DNA of 64,000 nucleotides from Callorhinchus milii. Lineage: Eukaryota. The notes beneath the pieces are model-generated. The model did not search any database, was not told the origin of the DNA, and saw only the letters and a list, made by a program, of their open reading frames with translations. Positions 1-12,790 of the stretch are shown one piece after another. Position 1 is the first letter of the stretch. Each line of letters begins with the position of its first letter. Position numbers and translations under genes: made by a program. The stretch spans positions 98,148,001-98,212,000 of the forward strand of contig NW_024704742.1 of the NCBI RefSeq assembly GCF_018977255.1. Direction: 5' to 3'.

Positions 1-151
1 AAAATAATAGAATAAGTCCAGACTGAGGAGAAATTATCTCCTCCCTCCCCAGGAGCTAACAAAAATATAGTATTGCATTGCTTGTCCCTCCATCATATGG
101 TTTTGTTTTAATAACAAGGCTTATTTTGGTTTTACATGTTGCTGTACCTAC

Positions 152-568
152 CTATTTCAGTCATTGTTACTCCAGGAGCCAGCTGACCGTTTGTGATAGA
201 GCTATATGTAAACAGGTTTGGTACAGGTGTGAGTTCATAAATAGGCTCTTGCTTGATCTGCTTGATCCCAGTCATATCTATGCCAGACTGATCCGGTGAC
301 GGCTGGGCTGAGTCCACACTGTAATATCCATTCGCTCCATCGGACTGTACTTTTGGCAGATCGATCACATGTCCGTTTGAGTAAGTGCCCCCGATTTCGT
401 TATTCAGGTCACTCAAGCCATTACTGATGCTGTTGGTGTAGACGCGAGCGAGAGCCTCCGCCTCGCCACTCTGTAGCTGCCGCTGCTCCTGCAGTCTCTG
501 TTGGTGCTTCTGGACCTCGGCGTACAGACTGTCACGCTGTTTTTTGGACATTCTCCCAAATTTTACAG
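152..568 (-). CDS. RORB: RORB internal coding exon (C-terminal extension of the DNA-binding domain plus hinge), 417 bp, phase 1 to phase 1
   Basis: Translates (A)[43 protein letters not shown]...[36 protein letters not shown]...MTEI, matching RORbeta rather than RORalpha in the hinge. Acceptor gtccgcag at 570-569, donor G|GTAGGT at 151-150. Confidence 0.97.
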
Positions 569-939
569 CTGCGGACAAAACAGTGCAAGACCGATTTACT
601 GAGCAGGCAAACAACGCTGGGAATTGAAACAAAACCATCTGCCGAATCTGCAACCTTTACCTCGATGTATCACAGCACAGAATCTATAGGAATTGTGACT
701 TTAACACTAAGAAAAGTAATCATGCATTGTGATAACTATTGATGTTGAAATGAATACAATTTAGTGGAATTCTTCTTCATTGTTGCTAAAAAAATCTGGC
801 TTTTCTTTTTCCTCCAATATTCCCCCCCACCCACCCCCCAAAGGTATCTGATATTTTTTTCTCAACTGTTCTTTAAAGCAACATCTGTGCTTTGACCCGT
901 TCAGCTTTCCCCCATCTCCTCATCTGGCACTAATTCTCC

Positions 940-1650
940 CCTTGGACCACTGAGACCCTTTCTATGCTTTCATCATGTTAAGACTCGTTTATGTCAAATC
1001 TCTGCTCACTGAACTTCCCAATTCTTCCATCTACAAACTGCCGACCATTCATATCTCTGCAGCTCATCTCCTCTCCATTACTAGGCTCTGCATACCTGTC
1101 ACCTCCACACTTCCAACGGCTTCCCCAACTTCTCCCTCTACAGGCTGCAGATCATGCAGAACTCTGCAGCTCATGTCCTCTCCCGCACTAGGCTCCATGA
1201 CCCTATCATCCCCATCCTCGCCCAACTCCACTGGCTTTCCATCACACAGAGGATACAGTTCAAGATCCTGGTCCTCATGGTCAAAGCCCTCCACGGTCTC
1301 ACTCCCCCCTATCTCTGCAAGCTCCTAACCCCCTACCAACCTGCTTGCTCCCTCCCCTCAGCGGGCTCCAGCCTGCTTCATGTCCCCCGCCTTGCTCATC
1401 CCACTACTGGCGGGCGGGCCTTCTGCCACTCTGCCCCCACCCTCTGGAACTCCATCCCGCAGTCGCTCCGCCTCGCCCCCTCCCTTGCCACCTTCAAAAC
1501 CCATCTCAAGACCCTAGTCTTTGACTGTGCTTTCGATCTCCCTGCTTCCCCCCCTGCCCTTCACCCTCCCAACCCCGACCCTCAGCTTGATACGTAACTG
1601 TCTGTCTAGCGCCTTGGGACGTCCTCCCAATGTGAAAGGTGAACAATAAC
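940..1650 (+). mobile_element. L2-clade LINE 3' fragment(s), ORF2 C-terminus plus 3' tail
   Basis: ORF 1154-1597 contains LQxxQNSAA..L, LHWLSITQRIQFKIL, GGRAF..SAPTLWNS.P..LR and FKTHLKT, typical L2 ORF2 C-terminal motifs. Tail AGCGCCTTGGGACGTCCTCCCAATGTGAAAGG. Confidence 0.9.
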
Positions 1651-1659
1651 AACAAAATA

Positions 1660-1890
1660 TAATCTTGTTGTTCCCATTCCCAGAGGATTAAGTTCAGAAT
1701 CCTCCTCACTTTTAAATCCCCCCACGTCTTGCCCCACCCCACATCTATGACCTTCTTAATCCCTAGCAAACCGCCCACTCCCTCTGCTTAACTGGCACTG
1801 GCCTGCTTTATGCTCCCCGCCCTGTCCGGCCCACCATTGGCAGTCAGGTCTTCAGCCTTTCTGCCCCCACTCTTTGAAATGCCATCCCTT
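1660..1890 (+). mobile_element. Degraded L2 3' fragment
   Basis: Similar to the adjacent L2 (cagaggattaagttcagaatcctc; ggtcttcagccttTctgcccccactctttgaaatgccatccc). Confidence 0.65.
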
Positions 1891-2441
1891 CCTTTTGGGC
1901 TTATAAATTACTGCAATAGGAATTTAAAGAGTTAAAAAATAATGTTAGCAAATGTTGTTTCTGATCTGCTCTGTACAGTGAGTTCTGGTCTCCAGGTCGT
2001 CTCCAACCTCACTTGCTGTGCCCTAGCCATGTGCAAAGTAGGACGTGGTGTTGCTGGGAACCAAATGACCATTTATCGTGAGAGCGGCCGAATACAGAAA
2101 GCATGTATGCATGTGAATGCAATGTCGTCCACTCTTCAACTGAGTTATAACCAAATTTACACTATGAAGAAACATGTTATAATGTGGCTTCACTGTAATA
2201 CATACGCTCACAAATTAGAGAAATGCCGAATCCCACAACAGATAACACAAGTTATCATAAGTCTGATAACCCAAGTCTGTTGGCAAAGTAGCCCTCCCCT
2301 CTCCCCTCTCCCAATTAATACATTAAACATTTAAGACTTTACCTATAGAATTTCACATCCATTCTGCCTCAGCACAACATCTCTGTTTCTTATTCTTTCA
2401 TTTGTGTCCTCACAAAGATAGAAAGATAGAGATCCGCGTCA

Positions 2442-2684
<243 letters not shown>

Positions 2685-2819
2685 TCATAGATTATTTTGC
2701 TTTCGGATATTAATATTAGTTGGTAAATGTGGTCTTTGAAATCCGTAATTTGCAACTTGGGTTTTTGTGACATACATCCAATTGCAGCCACATTTAAAAT
2801 TCCTGGAGTAGCTCCTAGC

Positions 2820-2980
2820 TCTCAAAGTAACTCCTGCTCTCTCCACACCTTTAAAGCCCGCTTTGATACCTATCTTTTCGACTGCACTTTTGGTCACTCT
2901 CTCACCTCCCACCCCCCAGTTTAGGCTGTGTAAAGCATTCTGAGGGTCTCTCAACATATAAATGTAAATTGTTGTTGGTT
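2820..2980 (+). mobile_element. L2 3' end remnant
   Basis: ccttTaaagcccgctttgatacctatcttttcgactgcacttttgg followed by tataaatgtaaattgttgttg tail, shared with other L2 ends in the window. Confidence 0.6.
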
Positions 2981-3590
2981 TCTCCTGGCTCCTGGAGCAA
3001 AAATGACTGAAATAAACAGGGACGGCAATGATTAATACCAATGTGCATCTTGTTAAAACAGTACCAAATGTTGGAGGTGACGTATGTCTAGTTACCGTCA
3101 GGAGTTGTTATTTGCCAATACCATATTTTTGACCCCATTGTGGAAACCATCAGTGATCTCCTTTGGGGTTAAATTCTCTTTGAAATAAAAACAAATAGAC
3201 TTTAACGTGAAACAAGCATCCCTTTTATAATCCTTACATTTGATTTAGCGACTTTTTTTCCATTCTTATTTAACGACACAATGGGCGATTGCCAAATCAT
3301 CTGTAAATGGACCAACCAGGAATTTGTGAGCTGAAAGTTGATAAATGTCTCATGCACTTTGTCTCCTTTCACAAACTGCCTTGAAGGGTGCTATATAAAT
3401 GCAAGTTGTTGTTTTGCTACTCTGATAGCAAGTCGCAAGGTCTAATTAATTTTTTTATTCATTATACAAATATTTTGTGAATATTGCAACATGAAAACCT
3501 GTTTTGATAAAATAATATGTATTATCAGCAAAATAGATGCCTGCCTGCACTAAAAACAGAGTGATCTACGTTTATCAACAACTTCATCAT

Positions 3591-3991
3591 GTCAGCCTGG
3601 CTCAGTTGTTAGGACTCTTACCTCTAAGTCATAAAGTTGTGGGTTCAAGACCCACATAAGGACTTTGAACTCACATAATCTAGGTTGACATTGCACACAG
3701 TGTGCTGCATGTGTTTTAGGTATCAGCCTTCGGATGAGATGGTCAACCAAGTTTCCGTCTGCCTGTATTGGTTGATACTAAAGATCCCATGGCACTATTC
3801 AAAAACAGGTTCTCCAGTTGTCCTGACCAACAATCCCCCAAATAAAATTGTTTACTCACTTTGTAGCAAATTGTCAGCTGTGTTTGCCTACAAAATACAC
3901 ATTAGCTACACTTCACATTAAATCCTGTGAAATGTTTTGAGATGTTCTCTTGACGTGAAAGGTGCTTTGTCAAATGTAAGGAATATTATTA
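3591..3991 (+). mobile_element. Old tRNA-derived DeuSINE-like element, near full length
   Basis: A box tggctcagttg, B box gggttcaagacc, Deu-like core (ttcggatgagatg...aaagatcccatggcactattc), L2-type tail. Confidence 0.8.
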
Positions 3992-4589
3992 CTTGACATC
4001 AAGGAAAAGATATGAAGGACAGGAGGATGTCATTCACAGCTGATAATTTTAGACTGCAAAACCCATGGGCGATAGAAGCTACAAATATGTTGTATTCTTT
4101 GTGCATTGATTAATGGAAAACAAAACTGGTATCAGACGTGTTCATGCTGAAGAACAAGCCGACTTTCAAACAGACATCTGGCTGCTGGAATTCAACATCT
4201 ATACCTAAACATACTGAGAATTGTCAGCACTTTCACTGGATCAAACAAATCTTTGTAAGCCTATTTTTAGAGTTGATGTAAGTAGTTCAGGTGATAAAGG
4301 AGATTGTGATACACAAAACTGAGTTAGACACTGATGACAGGACACAACAACACTTGGTATTGAAGGAGAGAAACGATTAAGCAGAAAAATGATCAAAATG
4401 GAAACAAAGTTGATTGAAACTCTGGATGGGGCTGGTTGGTGAAGTAATTGGTCAGAAAAAGTGATCTGAGGCAAAAGAAAATAAGCTGCTTGATTAAAAG
4501 ATGCCTTAAGATGATTACAGCTTAGTTAAAGCTGTAAGCATTTCAAGCAGGTAGCCTGCAAACACACATATTGAAAAGAGTAGTTCCAT

Positions 4590-4790
4590 AGTAATCCTTG
4601 CATTTATATAATACCATTCACTTTGGGGTGCATGTCTCAAAGCGCTTCACAGAATCTCACTGTAAAGTGTAATGACTGTGAATTTAGTAGGAGAACATAG
4701 AAACCAATACGTTACAGCAATATCTTACAATCAGCGAATGAATTTTATCTGGGGGATTGTTGGCTAGATCACTGGGAGAAACTCTCTTCT
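4590..4790 (-). mobile_element. SINE 3' fragment (Deu/L2-type tail)
   Basis: taatccttgcatttatata...tctcaaagcgcttcacagaat is the reverse complement of the SINE tail. Confidence 0.65.
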
Positions 4791-5109
4791 CAGTTTTAGT
4801 TTTGAAGGAAAGGATTCCTTTCACTAATGCAAGATTTATTTTCCTTTGTATTTTGCAGGTGTAAAATAAACCTAACTTTAAATCCAAATCATCCAAATGT
4901 ATTGCATCCAAATTTTAGTCTTGAAAAGATTTCAATTGTTTCCTTTGAGAAGTTACGTTCTGATTGTGGTGACAGCTGAAATTGCTTTTCCTGTGGGTTC
5001 TCTGATTCAATGTACATAGGGAACTGGTTGGTAGACTGTTAAGCAGTTATACAACAAGAACTGGCCATGAAATTGCTGTGTACAATAGTTTGCTGGACTT
5101 AAGCATAAG

Positions 5110-5510
5110 CTCTCACCCTGTGCAAGAGGAACAAGCTGCTTTTTACTGGGTTAATTGTTGTCCCACGTTGAGACTTTGAACTCAACATACTCCAGGCTGA
5201 CCCTCCAATACAGTACTGGGGGTGCACTGCATTGTGGAGATGAAGTCCTTTGGATGAGACAATACCACTAGCTCCCGTCTGTTTGTATAGGTGGGTGCTA
5301 AAAGATCCCATCGTCCTAAGTTAGTTTCTCCCAGTTTCCTGGCTAAAAATCTCCCAAATAAAATTGATCATTCACTTTATGGCTTTTTGTGGGACATTAC
5401 TGTGTGCAAAATTGGCTGCCACATTTTCCTATAAAATGCAATCACTACATTTTACAGTGGATCCTGTGAAGTGCTTTGAGATGTCCTCCTGATGTGAAAG
5501 GGGCTATATA
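5110..5510 (+). mobile_element. DeuSINE-like element
   Basis: cctttggatgagac...aaagatcccat...gtgggacattactgtgtgcaaattggctgcc...tgtgaaaggggctatat. Confidence 0.75.
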
Positions 5511-5902
5511 TCTGGATGTAATAGAGAGGGACTTCAATTTATGAAACAAAAAAAGCTCACTTTGAAATGTAACCAAGTGTTTGAGCAAGAAAAGTGCAAA
5601 TAATTCAATTTGGTCTGTCTAGTGGAATAAACAGCCAAGAAAGATGTCCAGCAAGCACCCCAGTGGCAGTGCTCATGCTGCCCCTGATTCAGCATTGCCT
5701 GTGAAGACATCAGAGAGAGCCTTTGACTGAGGCGGTTTCAGAGGCTCACTCATCTATCGACATTGCCGCTGAGGAAGGGTGCGGCCTGCTTTAAAGAATA
5801 GCACAATAGGTTAGTAAAAGAAACCTCAGTATCCAAAGGGCCAAAGCTGAGGACTAAGACAAATATCCTGATATCTGTAATCAGATATGCCTGTGCACAA
5901 AA

Positions 5903-6064
5903 GAGTAATCTAAAAGATTGCCAATAATGATTCGAAATAAACACTTTAATTTTACTCAATCTGGGATAAAGAAATAGCTAACACCATAAACACTGACTGA
6001 ATCAGTTATGTCTATTATAGAGACACTTTGCTAGATGCAGCCTCATACATTGTGGCAGTAAATT
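5903..6064 (+). repeat. Direct repeat copy 1 (partner 6971-7134)
   Basis: gagtaatctaaaagattgccaataat...cctcatacattgtggcagtaaatt aligns by eye with 6971-7134. Confidence 0.9.
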
Positions 6065-6219
6065 TGAGGCATGAGAGACGTGATTTTTATTCCCTCTAAA
6101 TCGGAGAAGGTTGATTTTATCTGGATCCTCTTCCTAATTCCTTGAATAAATATGAAAACAAATGTCCGATTGTTTGAAACTACTTTGAAACAAATAGTAC
6201 ATATATTAATTCATCCCCT

Positions 6220-6680
6220 GGTCCCTTCCCTTGCCTCCTTCAAGGCCGGTCTCAAGACCCTTCTCTTTGATCATGTCTTTGGTCGCCCTCCCACCTCGCT
6301 GCCTTCCCTCACCCCGACACCACCCCTCCCAACAACAACAACAGGATTTCATTTATAGAGCGCCTTTCATGTCGGGAAGACGTCCCAAGGCGTTGGACAG
6401 TTGGGTCAGGACCCGAGCAGGGGGCAAATGGTCAGGGTGAGGGGAGGGAAGGGAGGGAGCGAGGAGGGGGTAGAGAGTCGAGAGGGGAGCTGAAGGCACG
6501 GTCAAAGAGAAAAGTCTTGAGACTGGCCTTGAAGGAGGAAAGGGAGGAAGCAAGGCGAAGGCACTGGGTGATGGAGTTCCAGAGCCCATGCTCGGGCCCC
6601 GACACCTGACTGTTCAGCGCTTTGGGACATCCTCCCGACGTGAAAGTCGATCTATAAATGTAATTTTGTTGCTGTTGTTG
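6220..6680 (+). mobile_element. L2 3' end split in two (6220-6329 and 6588-6680) by a younger antisense L2
   Basis: The two flanks join into one L2 3' end finishing in gcgctttgggacatcctcccgacgtgaaag...ttgttgctgttgttg. Confidence 0.75.
6330..6587 (-). mobile_element. Younger L2 3' fragment
   Basis: Reverse complement closely matches 18385-18637 (both translate ...SWVRTRAGGKWSG in the ORF track). (CAA)n tail. Confidence 0.85.
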
Positions 6681-6970
6681 TTTGTAGCTTTCACATCCTC
6701 ACAGACAGGATAACTGGAAAGGGACTATTTTCTGTCTATTTTGTTGACAATTTGGGAATCTTAATTCACCAATAAACTGGGTGGTTTAGAACGTGGTGTC
6801 AGTATAAATTGAAAAACGTCAAGTTAAGGAACTATGATAATACAGTCACGATCACTGACACAAAGGGAAATATCTGGAGACAATCGGGAAGATAACTCAG
6901 ACAATGCTGAAATGTGGATTAAATGTTCATGTTTATCACATGTACATGTGAAAGAGGACCTCTCAAAACT

Positions 6971-7134
6971 GAGTAATCTAAAAGATTGCCAATAATAATT
7001 TGAAATAAACACATTAATTTTACTGAATCTGGGATAGAAAGAAATAGCTAAACACCACAAACACTGACTGAATTAGTTTGGTCTATTACAGAGACACTTT
7101 ACTAGATGCACCTCATACATTGTGCCAGTAAATT
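6971..7134 (+). repeat. Direct repeat copy 2 (partner 5903-6064)
   Basis: Same alignment as copy 1. Confidence 0.9.
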
Positions 7135-8385
7135 CAAAACTGATCTTAGAGTGAACAATGTAAACATAGGGTTATGGCCAGTCCATAACACAGATCTCTT
7201 TACATTGAGGGACCTGACAGGTTCCTACTACTTTTTAAGTGGAATCTGAGCCAGTCCTTGGTATCAAAAAAGATTCAGAAACATTGCTCAGAGCCAAAGC
7301 AATGAAGAAATGAAAAAGAGGATAGCAATTAAAATGAGGCATTTAACAACACACAAGAGGTTCCGTGCAGTATTCTCAGGTGTTTGCCATGTTCAGTGCA
7401 AAAGGGATCCTGAATATTAAAGTCATTAGACAATCTGAGCGAAGGTGTTAGATGTACGTCTATTATTTGGCGATCAAGAAGAATGGCTAATGAGAGAGTC
7501 CTTGGGTTAGCAAAAGAAAAGAGAGAAGTTAGGAGGCTGATCATAATGAGAAAAACAGAATGATGTGGGCACACTGTACGTGAATTAACAGTCGATAATT
7601 AAAGCCCGCTGTGGGAACCCCTGCTACTTCAGCACAATGATAGTACCTGAAGTTGGTTGTCTTTGGAACTGCCACACTAAGAGCACACTGTTTAAGCACT
7701 GGTTCATGGGCTAAAAACTTATCTCAATCTGCTGTTGTTCTCAATGGTGGTGGCTATGAAGAAGGGTTATGGCTTATAATTTATGGATCACAGCTTTCAA
7801 ACGTTGATATTATCATAAAGAACCAAATAAAGTGTACATGTTGTATTATTGATGTGGCTATCCCATGTGATTACAACTTTAGAAATAATTACAACTTGAG
7901 AAGATCAGCAAATACATTGATCTACAAATTGAATGTGGATGAATGTGGCAATATAAGACAAACATAATCATCAGTGCCACTGGGACTGTTAATAAGACTA
8001 TTCAGAAATGGCTTGACAAAATATAAAGCATCAGCTTCCTGCAAAAACTATCTATTTTATGCAGTTCAAACATATTAAGAAAAGTAAGATTCATTCATAT
8101 GTAATGTGACAGTGCTATTGTTCTGACTGATTCATCACTGAAAACTACTTAGCAACTACCTCTAACAGAGTGATTTAAACTGTAATAACATAATAATAAT
8201 ATTCCTTTCATTTGATCTGATGCCCATAAAGTCAAACACTTAAAGTGCTTCACAGAAATTGCTGTTAATTGCACCGAGTTTAGTACTCGCACATTTGGTC
8301 ACATTCGATGCAATGAATAGTGAACGTACAGCTAAACTGATCTCAATGTCAGTGGCTGTCAGTGAGACAAATTATTATTAACTCA

Positions 8386-8571
<186 letters not shown>

Positions 8572-9236
8572 TTACTATTATTAAGTGGACTAAGATAAGC
8601 AAACTGAAATATGTAAAATAGACTGAAAAGGTCTGAAATACCTCCACACCTTTTCTTTTATGAATCTGTTCAGGTATTAAACAATCCAACAGAATTGTTT
8701 GGTGTGTGAGATCATTTGGCTGCCCTAAAGACTGTTATTTCATGCGGGTCCATCCAAAAGCCAGGATTCACACACTTGAACAACAGCTTCCAGCAACTGG
8801 GATCATTTAAAGATTAAGGATCCACCTGTGGGTATGGACTAATGGACTGAACAGTAAATTTTACCACTGAAGGGCAGTTTCAGTTTGTTGTTTTATTATA
8901 GTTTTTTTCTACACTACTCCAGACCACTTCACTTGTGCTCACAATATTCTTTTGAGACTATTTTTATACATTCATTTTTCTTTCATCTTCTTCCATTATT
9001 TTCCTCTTTTCCCGAAGGTTATGTGGATGTCAGTCAGCCTGTAATGATGTACCCATTTCATTTTCAGATCTGAGCCTGGACAGTGAGTGCTGGAAAGGCT
9101 ATTCCACCATAATAGATGGTCTAGATGAAGAAGGCGCTTCTGCCCATCCAATCTCATCCTTCCAGAACACCCACCATCACTGTATTAAGCTGCTTTTTAA
9201 ATTAGTGTTTTGGTTTCTACCACCTTTCCTGATAAT

Positions 9237-9355
9237 CTGCTCACAGCCTAACATTGCTCCACCCTCTAGGAGACAGCAGCCAAGGATACTCATCATGTGT
9301 GAAAATGTAGACAGATAGCAATGCCCTCCCTGTCTGTAGAGCAATGACCCCTCAT
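9237..9355 (+). repeat. Direct repeat copy 1 (partner 9961-10082)
   Basis: Shared ccctctaggaga..cagccaagg..tactcatcatgtgtgaaaatgt...gcaatgccct..ctgtaga..caatgacccctcat. Confidence 0.85.
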
Positions 9356-9579
9356 AAGCCACCCTACACAAGCTTTGTTTTAACAAAGAAGTTACTTAAA
9401 TTTACAAACTGTCTCTGTTGTCTCTGGATGTGATTCCACAAGTGTCTGTATAGAGGATGTCTTAAAGCGCTTTACAGGCTTACATTATACATTGCAAGTG
9501 TAGTGATTGTGTAATTTGTAGGCAAATGAGAAATTGAAAAAATTCCCAGGAATGGGAAATTTACTTTCAGATATACCAA

Positions 9580-9815
9580 GATAGCAAAACAAGAAGGTTT
9601 AGGGTTGGATTGGGCAATTTCAGGATAGAAACCAAAATGTATTTCTTTGCACAGAGGGTAATTAGTGACTGGAATGGGTTATCAGGAAAGATGGTTGAGG
9701 TCTAAATGCTGCACTCACTTAAGGAACTGTTTGATGCTATAATGTAAGGATGGTAGGGTGGGTATTCTTGAAGATCAAATGGGCAAAGGGGCCTCCTTCA
9801 TCTAAACCATCAATC
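9580..9815 (+). mobile_element. CR1 LINE 3' end remnant
   Basis: tttctttgcacagagggtaattagtgactggaatgggttatcaggaaagatggttgagg corresponds to the CR1 FF.QRV...WN.L...V.. motif. Confidence 0.7.
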
Positions 9816-9960
9816 ATCTAGTGATACACAAGGGAGCAAGAGTATAATTGTTTCACTGGGCCCTATGAAAGCAGCCACTCTCATATGGCCCAGTGAAGCT
9901 TCATTTTGCTGATAATCATAACACATGGGCATCTCCACTGGAAATCTGCATTGCCAACAT

Positions 9961-10082
9961 CTGTTCACAGCCTCACATCTCTCCCCCCTCTAGGAGAGAA
10001 CAGCCAAGGGTGGCTACTCATCATGTGTGAAAATGTGGGCAGACAGCAATGCCCTGCCTCTCTGTAGACAATGACCCCTCAT
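9961..10082 (+). repeat. Direct repeat copy 2 (partner 9237-9355)
   Basis: Same alignment as copy 1. Confidence 0.85.
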
Positions 10083-11254
10083 GCGACAAGTGGCTGAAAC
10101 CATCTTTTCTGATGGTGTAAATGACATCTGCTCTTTGGTATTGCCCATTTGCTGTTCATAATGACTGACATGCGCCATAATTGGGAGGGGAAAGATTACA
10201 GTGGATGTGATGTGATAATTATCACCGGCAATAATCATCACATCACAAACTGCATTTGTTGTTGTCATACCCGGAATCTGTGCAAAGTCCATAACAGAAA
10301 CAAAGCATCACTAGATTCCTCTCAACAAACAGGGGAGCTGGTAGGACATTGTCAAGATTAATGGAATCTGCCACGCAACAAAAAGGTTATCGGTCACCGA
10401 GAATGGCTGAACATTGTCTCAGCTGAAAAAAAATTGTAAAACACTTTTTTTTATAGAAAAAATAATGCAGTGATTTATAATTATACATTCATAAAAGAAG
10501 CCCACATTCACTTGGAAATTGCGAGTCACTCTATGTAGCTGTGTGCTGGCTGTACGACAGAGGATATACAAAGAGTAGATCAGCCTTAAGAGGGTTTGGT
10601 ATGAAGTGCACTAGTATCTGGGACAGTTACACAAAAACAGCTCTGAGCACTGAATGCTCAGGAACCAAACACGGTTTAAAGTCTTAAACAATCCTCCAGG
10701 GGTTCTGGGATGTTTTAAATGGAGACAGATACTTGGAAAGTAAGGGTGTTAAGGCAGGCAAATGTGATAGAAAGATCTGCTATGATATAACATAATAGAG
10801 GAACAGGCTCGAGAGGCTAAATGGCGTTCTCCTGTTGTTATGCTCCTTTCAGTTTTCTGAGTAAGCAGCAGGTTTCAGGCCTAGCTCCATGGGTCAGGCT
10901 GAGATGAGGAACGCAGTCTAGGTAGGTCAGTGACCATATGCAGTCACTTGTTCTGGGAACATTATAATTGTGTTTTTCGTTACTCAGAGCATAATTAATG
11001 CTGGAACAGGTTGTAATGAAGAATGATGGAGGCCAGGACACAAGACTCATTTAAAAAGCAGGGTGGACATTCTGGAGGGATGAGATCAGTTGGGACAAAG
11101 GGCCTTCTTAATCCAAACCAATCTTGTGATTTTGACTGGTATTGGTGAAGAGCACATTGAATTCCACTAGGTGGCACAGCATGCTTACGTACTCTCAATC
11201 ACATTGCTTCTCAAAAAGTTATTTAATAGAAACATGACTGTGCTTTACAAAATA

Positions 11255-11540
11255 GATCACAAGAGAGGTTTAGATGAAAGAAGCTCTTTGGTCCATCTGA
11301 TTTCATTCTACCATTCTTCCATCACAGAATCAAGCTTTTTTTAAAATGCCCTGATCTACTTTTTCTAGTTACTCTGTGCAGTTGTTAATGACACTCTGGG
11401 TTAAGAAATATTTCCTGGTGTCTGTCTGAAATCGCCTTTGCTACCCTAAATCCGTGCCCTCTGTTTCTGCTGTTTTGGTGCATTTGAAAATACTGTTCTG
11501 GGTTTGTTTTGTCAGTCCCATTTAAAATATAATACAGTTT
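11255..11540 (-). mobile_element. CR1 LINE 3' remnant
   Basis: Minus-strand translation ...YILNGTDKTNPEQYFQM...RNRGHGF resembles the CR1 ORF2 C-terminus. Confidence 0.7.
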
Positions 11541-12588
11541 GCTACATTGGATTGAAAATGTGGTATTCACCACCTGAATCTGGTAAATTGGAATGACCTT
11601 CAAGAAGGCTTTGTTTTGGATCGGAACTGCCATGGATCGTCATGATGTATTTCATGTTACCGTCAGGAATCAAAACAGTGATTCAGAATTTCTGTTTAGT
11701 AAATACTGCATTTCCAAACCCACTGATACAATTTTAAAAAAGATATTGAGCAGATTGTAACTTGAATGATTTGTAATCAAATCGAATTTGTGTCAACACA
11801 TACTTAATATCTGTTGCAGATACACATTGCATTTGTTCATAATTATAGATCTGCATGTGTATAAAGAAGATGGTGCTTACTGCTCCGATCGTCTATTATA
11901 CTCAACACAAGTGTTGTATTATGTAAATTATTTTAAGCCTTTCTGAAAGGTCAAGCAAGGAAATTGAATTAACTTGTTTTAGATGGAAGTAAACGTTTGG
12001 GGTCCAGTTACTGCTTGCTGCTTGGGATAGTCACATTTCTATATTGGGTCACTGTTGGGAAAATCCTCCTTACACTATCAAAGTTGTTAAGTACTAAACA
12101 CAATTTCTTGTCCTTTTGTGTCTTGGGAAAGGTACTGTCTTTATGAAGTAGTGTCCAGCAAAGCTTTTTGTGCTTGTTTGGGGTTATGAGAGAGGGTTCG
12201 GAAAAATCTTTGGTTATTTTCATCCCGATGGCGATCATACGATGAGTTTAAACACAATTTATCCAATCTCATCTCCATGTTGACAGTGCCCTTCAAAACA
12301 TATGCCACAGAGACAAGTGCTACAAGCAAAGGTACAGATTTTGACATTTGGTGACCAATAAGAAAAGTTTGCAAGCAGTGTTTAAACCTTGTGGACAAGG
12401 CATTGTTTCTTTCTTGGATCACAAACACACCTCAGGAAAGTATCAGCTAAAATCTTGAGTCAGGTTTTGCTGAGACTGCACACTTTCCGTAAATAGATTA
12501 GAATCTAATCCTAAATGCTATCATGGATATGCTATCCATTCTACGTCAGAACGCATCTTAGCTCCCACATCATCATCCCACATGTAAA

Positions 12589-12790
12589 GCTGGAAATTCC
12601 ACCTGGTTTAAGCCCACAAGACCAGTTTGTCTAACAATTTCTGCTCACATAAAATTCTGAAACATTTTTAAAATCAGTTTAAATTTGAAAGCCAGTTTTT
12701 AGTTTTTCTTAAAAGGAACCGGCTTACAAAATAAGACTGCATTTAAGAATTTTCCACAATTCTTCACCATCTCAAATTTTAAGACAAAAT
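12589..12790. mobile_element. Palindromic MITE-like element (partial second copy at 13107-13220)
   Basis: Starts ggaaattccacc; internal imperfect inverted symmetry; shares ttaagaattttccacaattct and ttttaagaca with the 31589 copy. Confidence 0.6.

Noticed and set aside
132..653. 173-aa ORF as a standalone gene
   Set aside because: It is the RORB exon 152-568 plus intronic read-through on both sides.
1154..1597. 147-aa ORF as a host protein
   Set aside because: L2 ORF2 C-terminal fragment.
9295..9306. ATGTGTGAAAAT (MCEN), like the mammalian RORbeta2 start; also at 10024
   Set aside because: It is on the plus strand, opposite to RORB, and lies in a duplicated segment.
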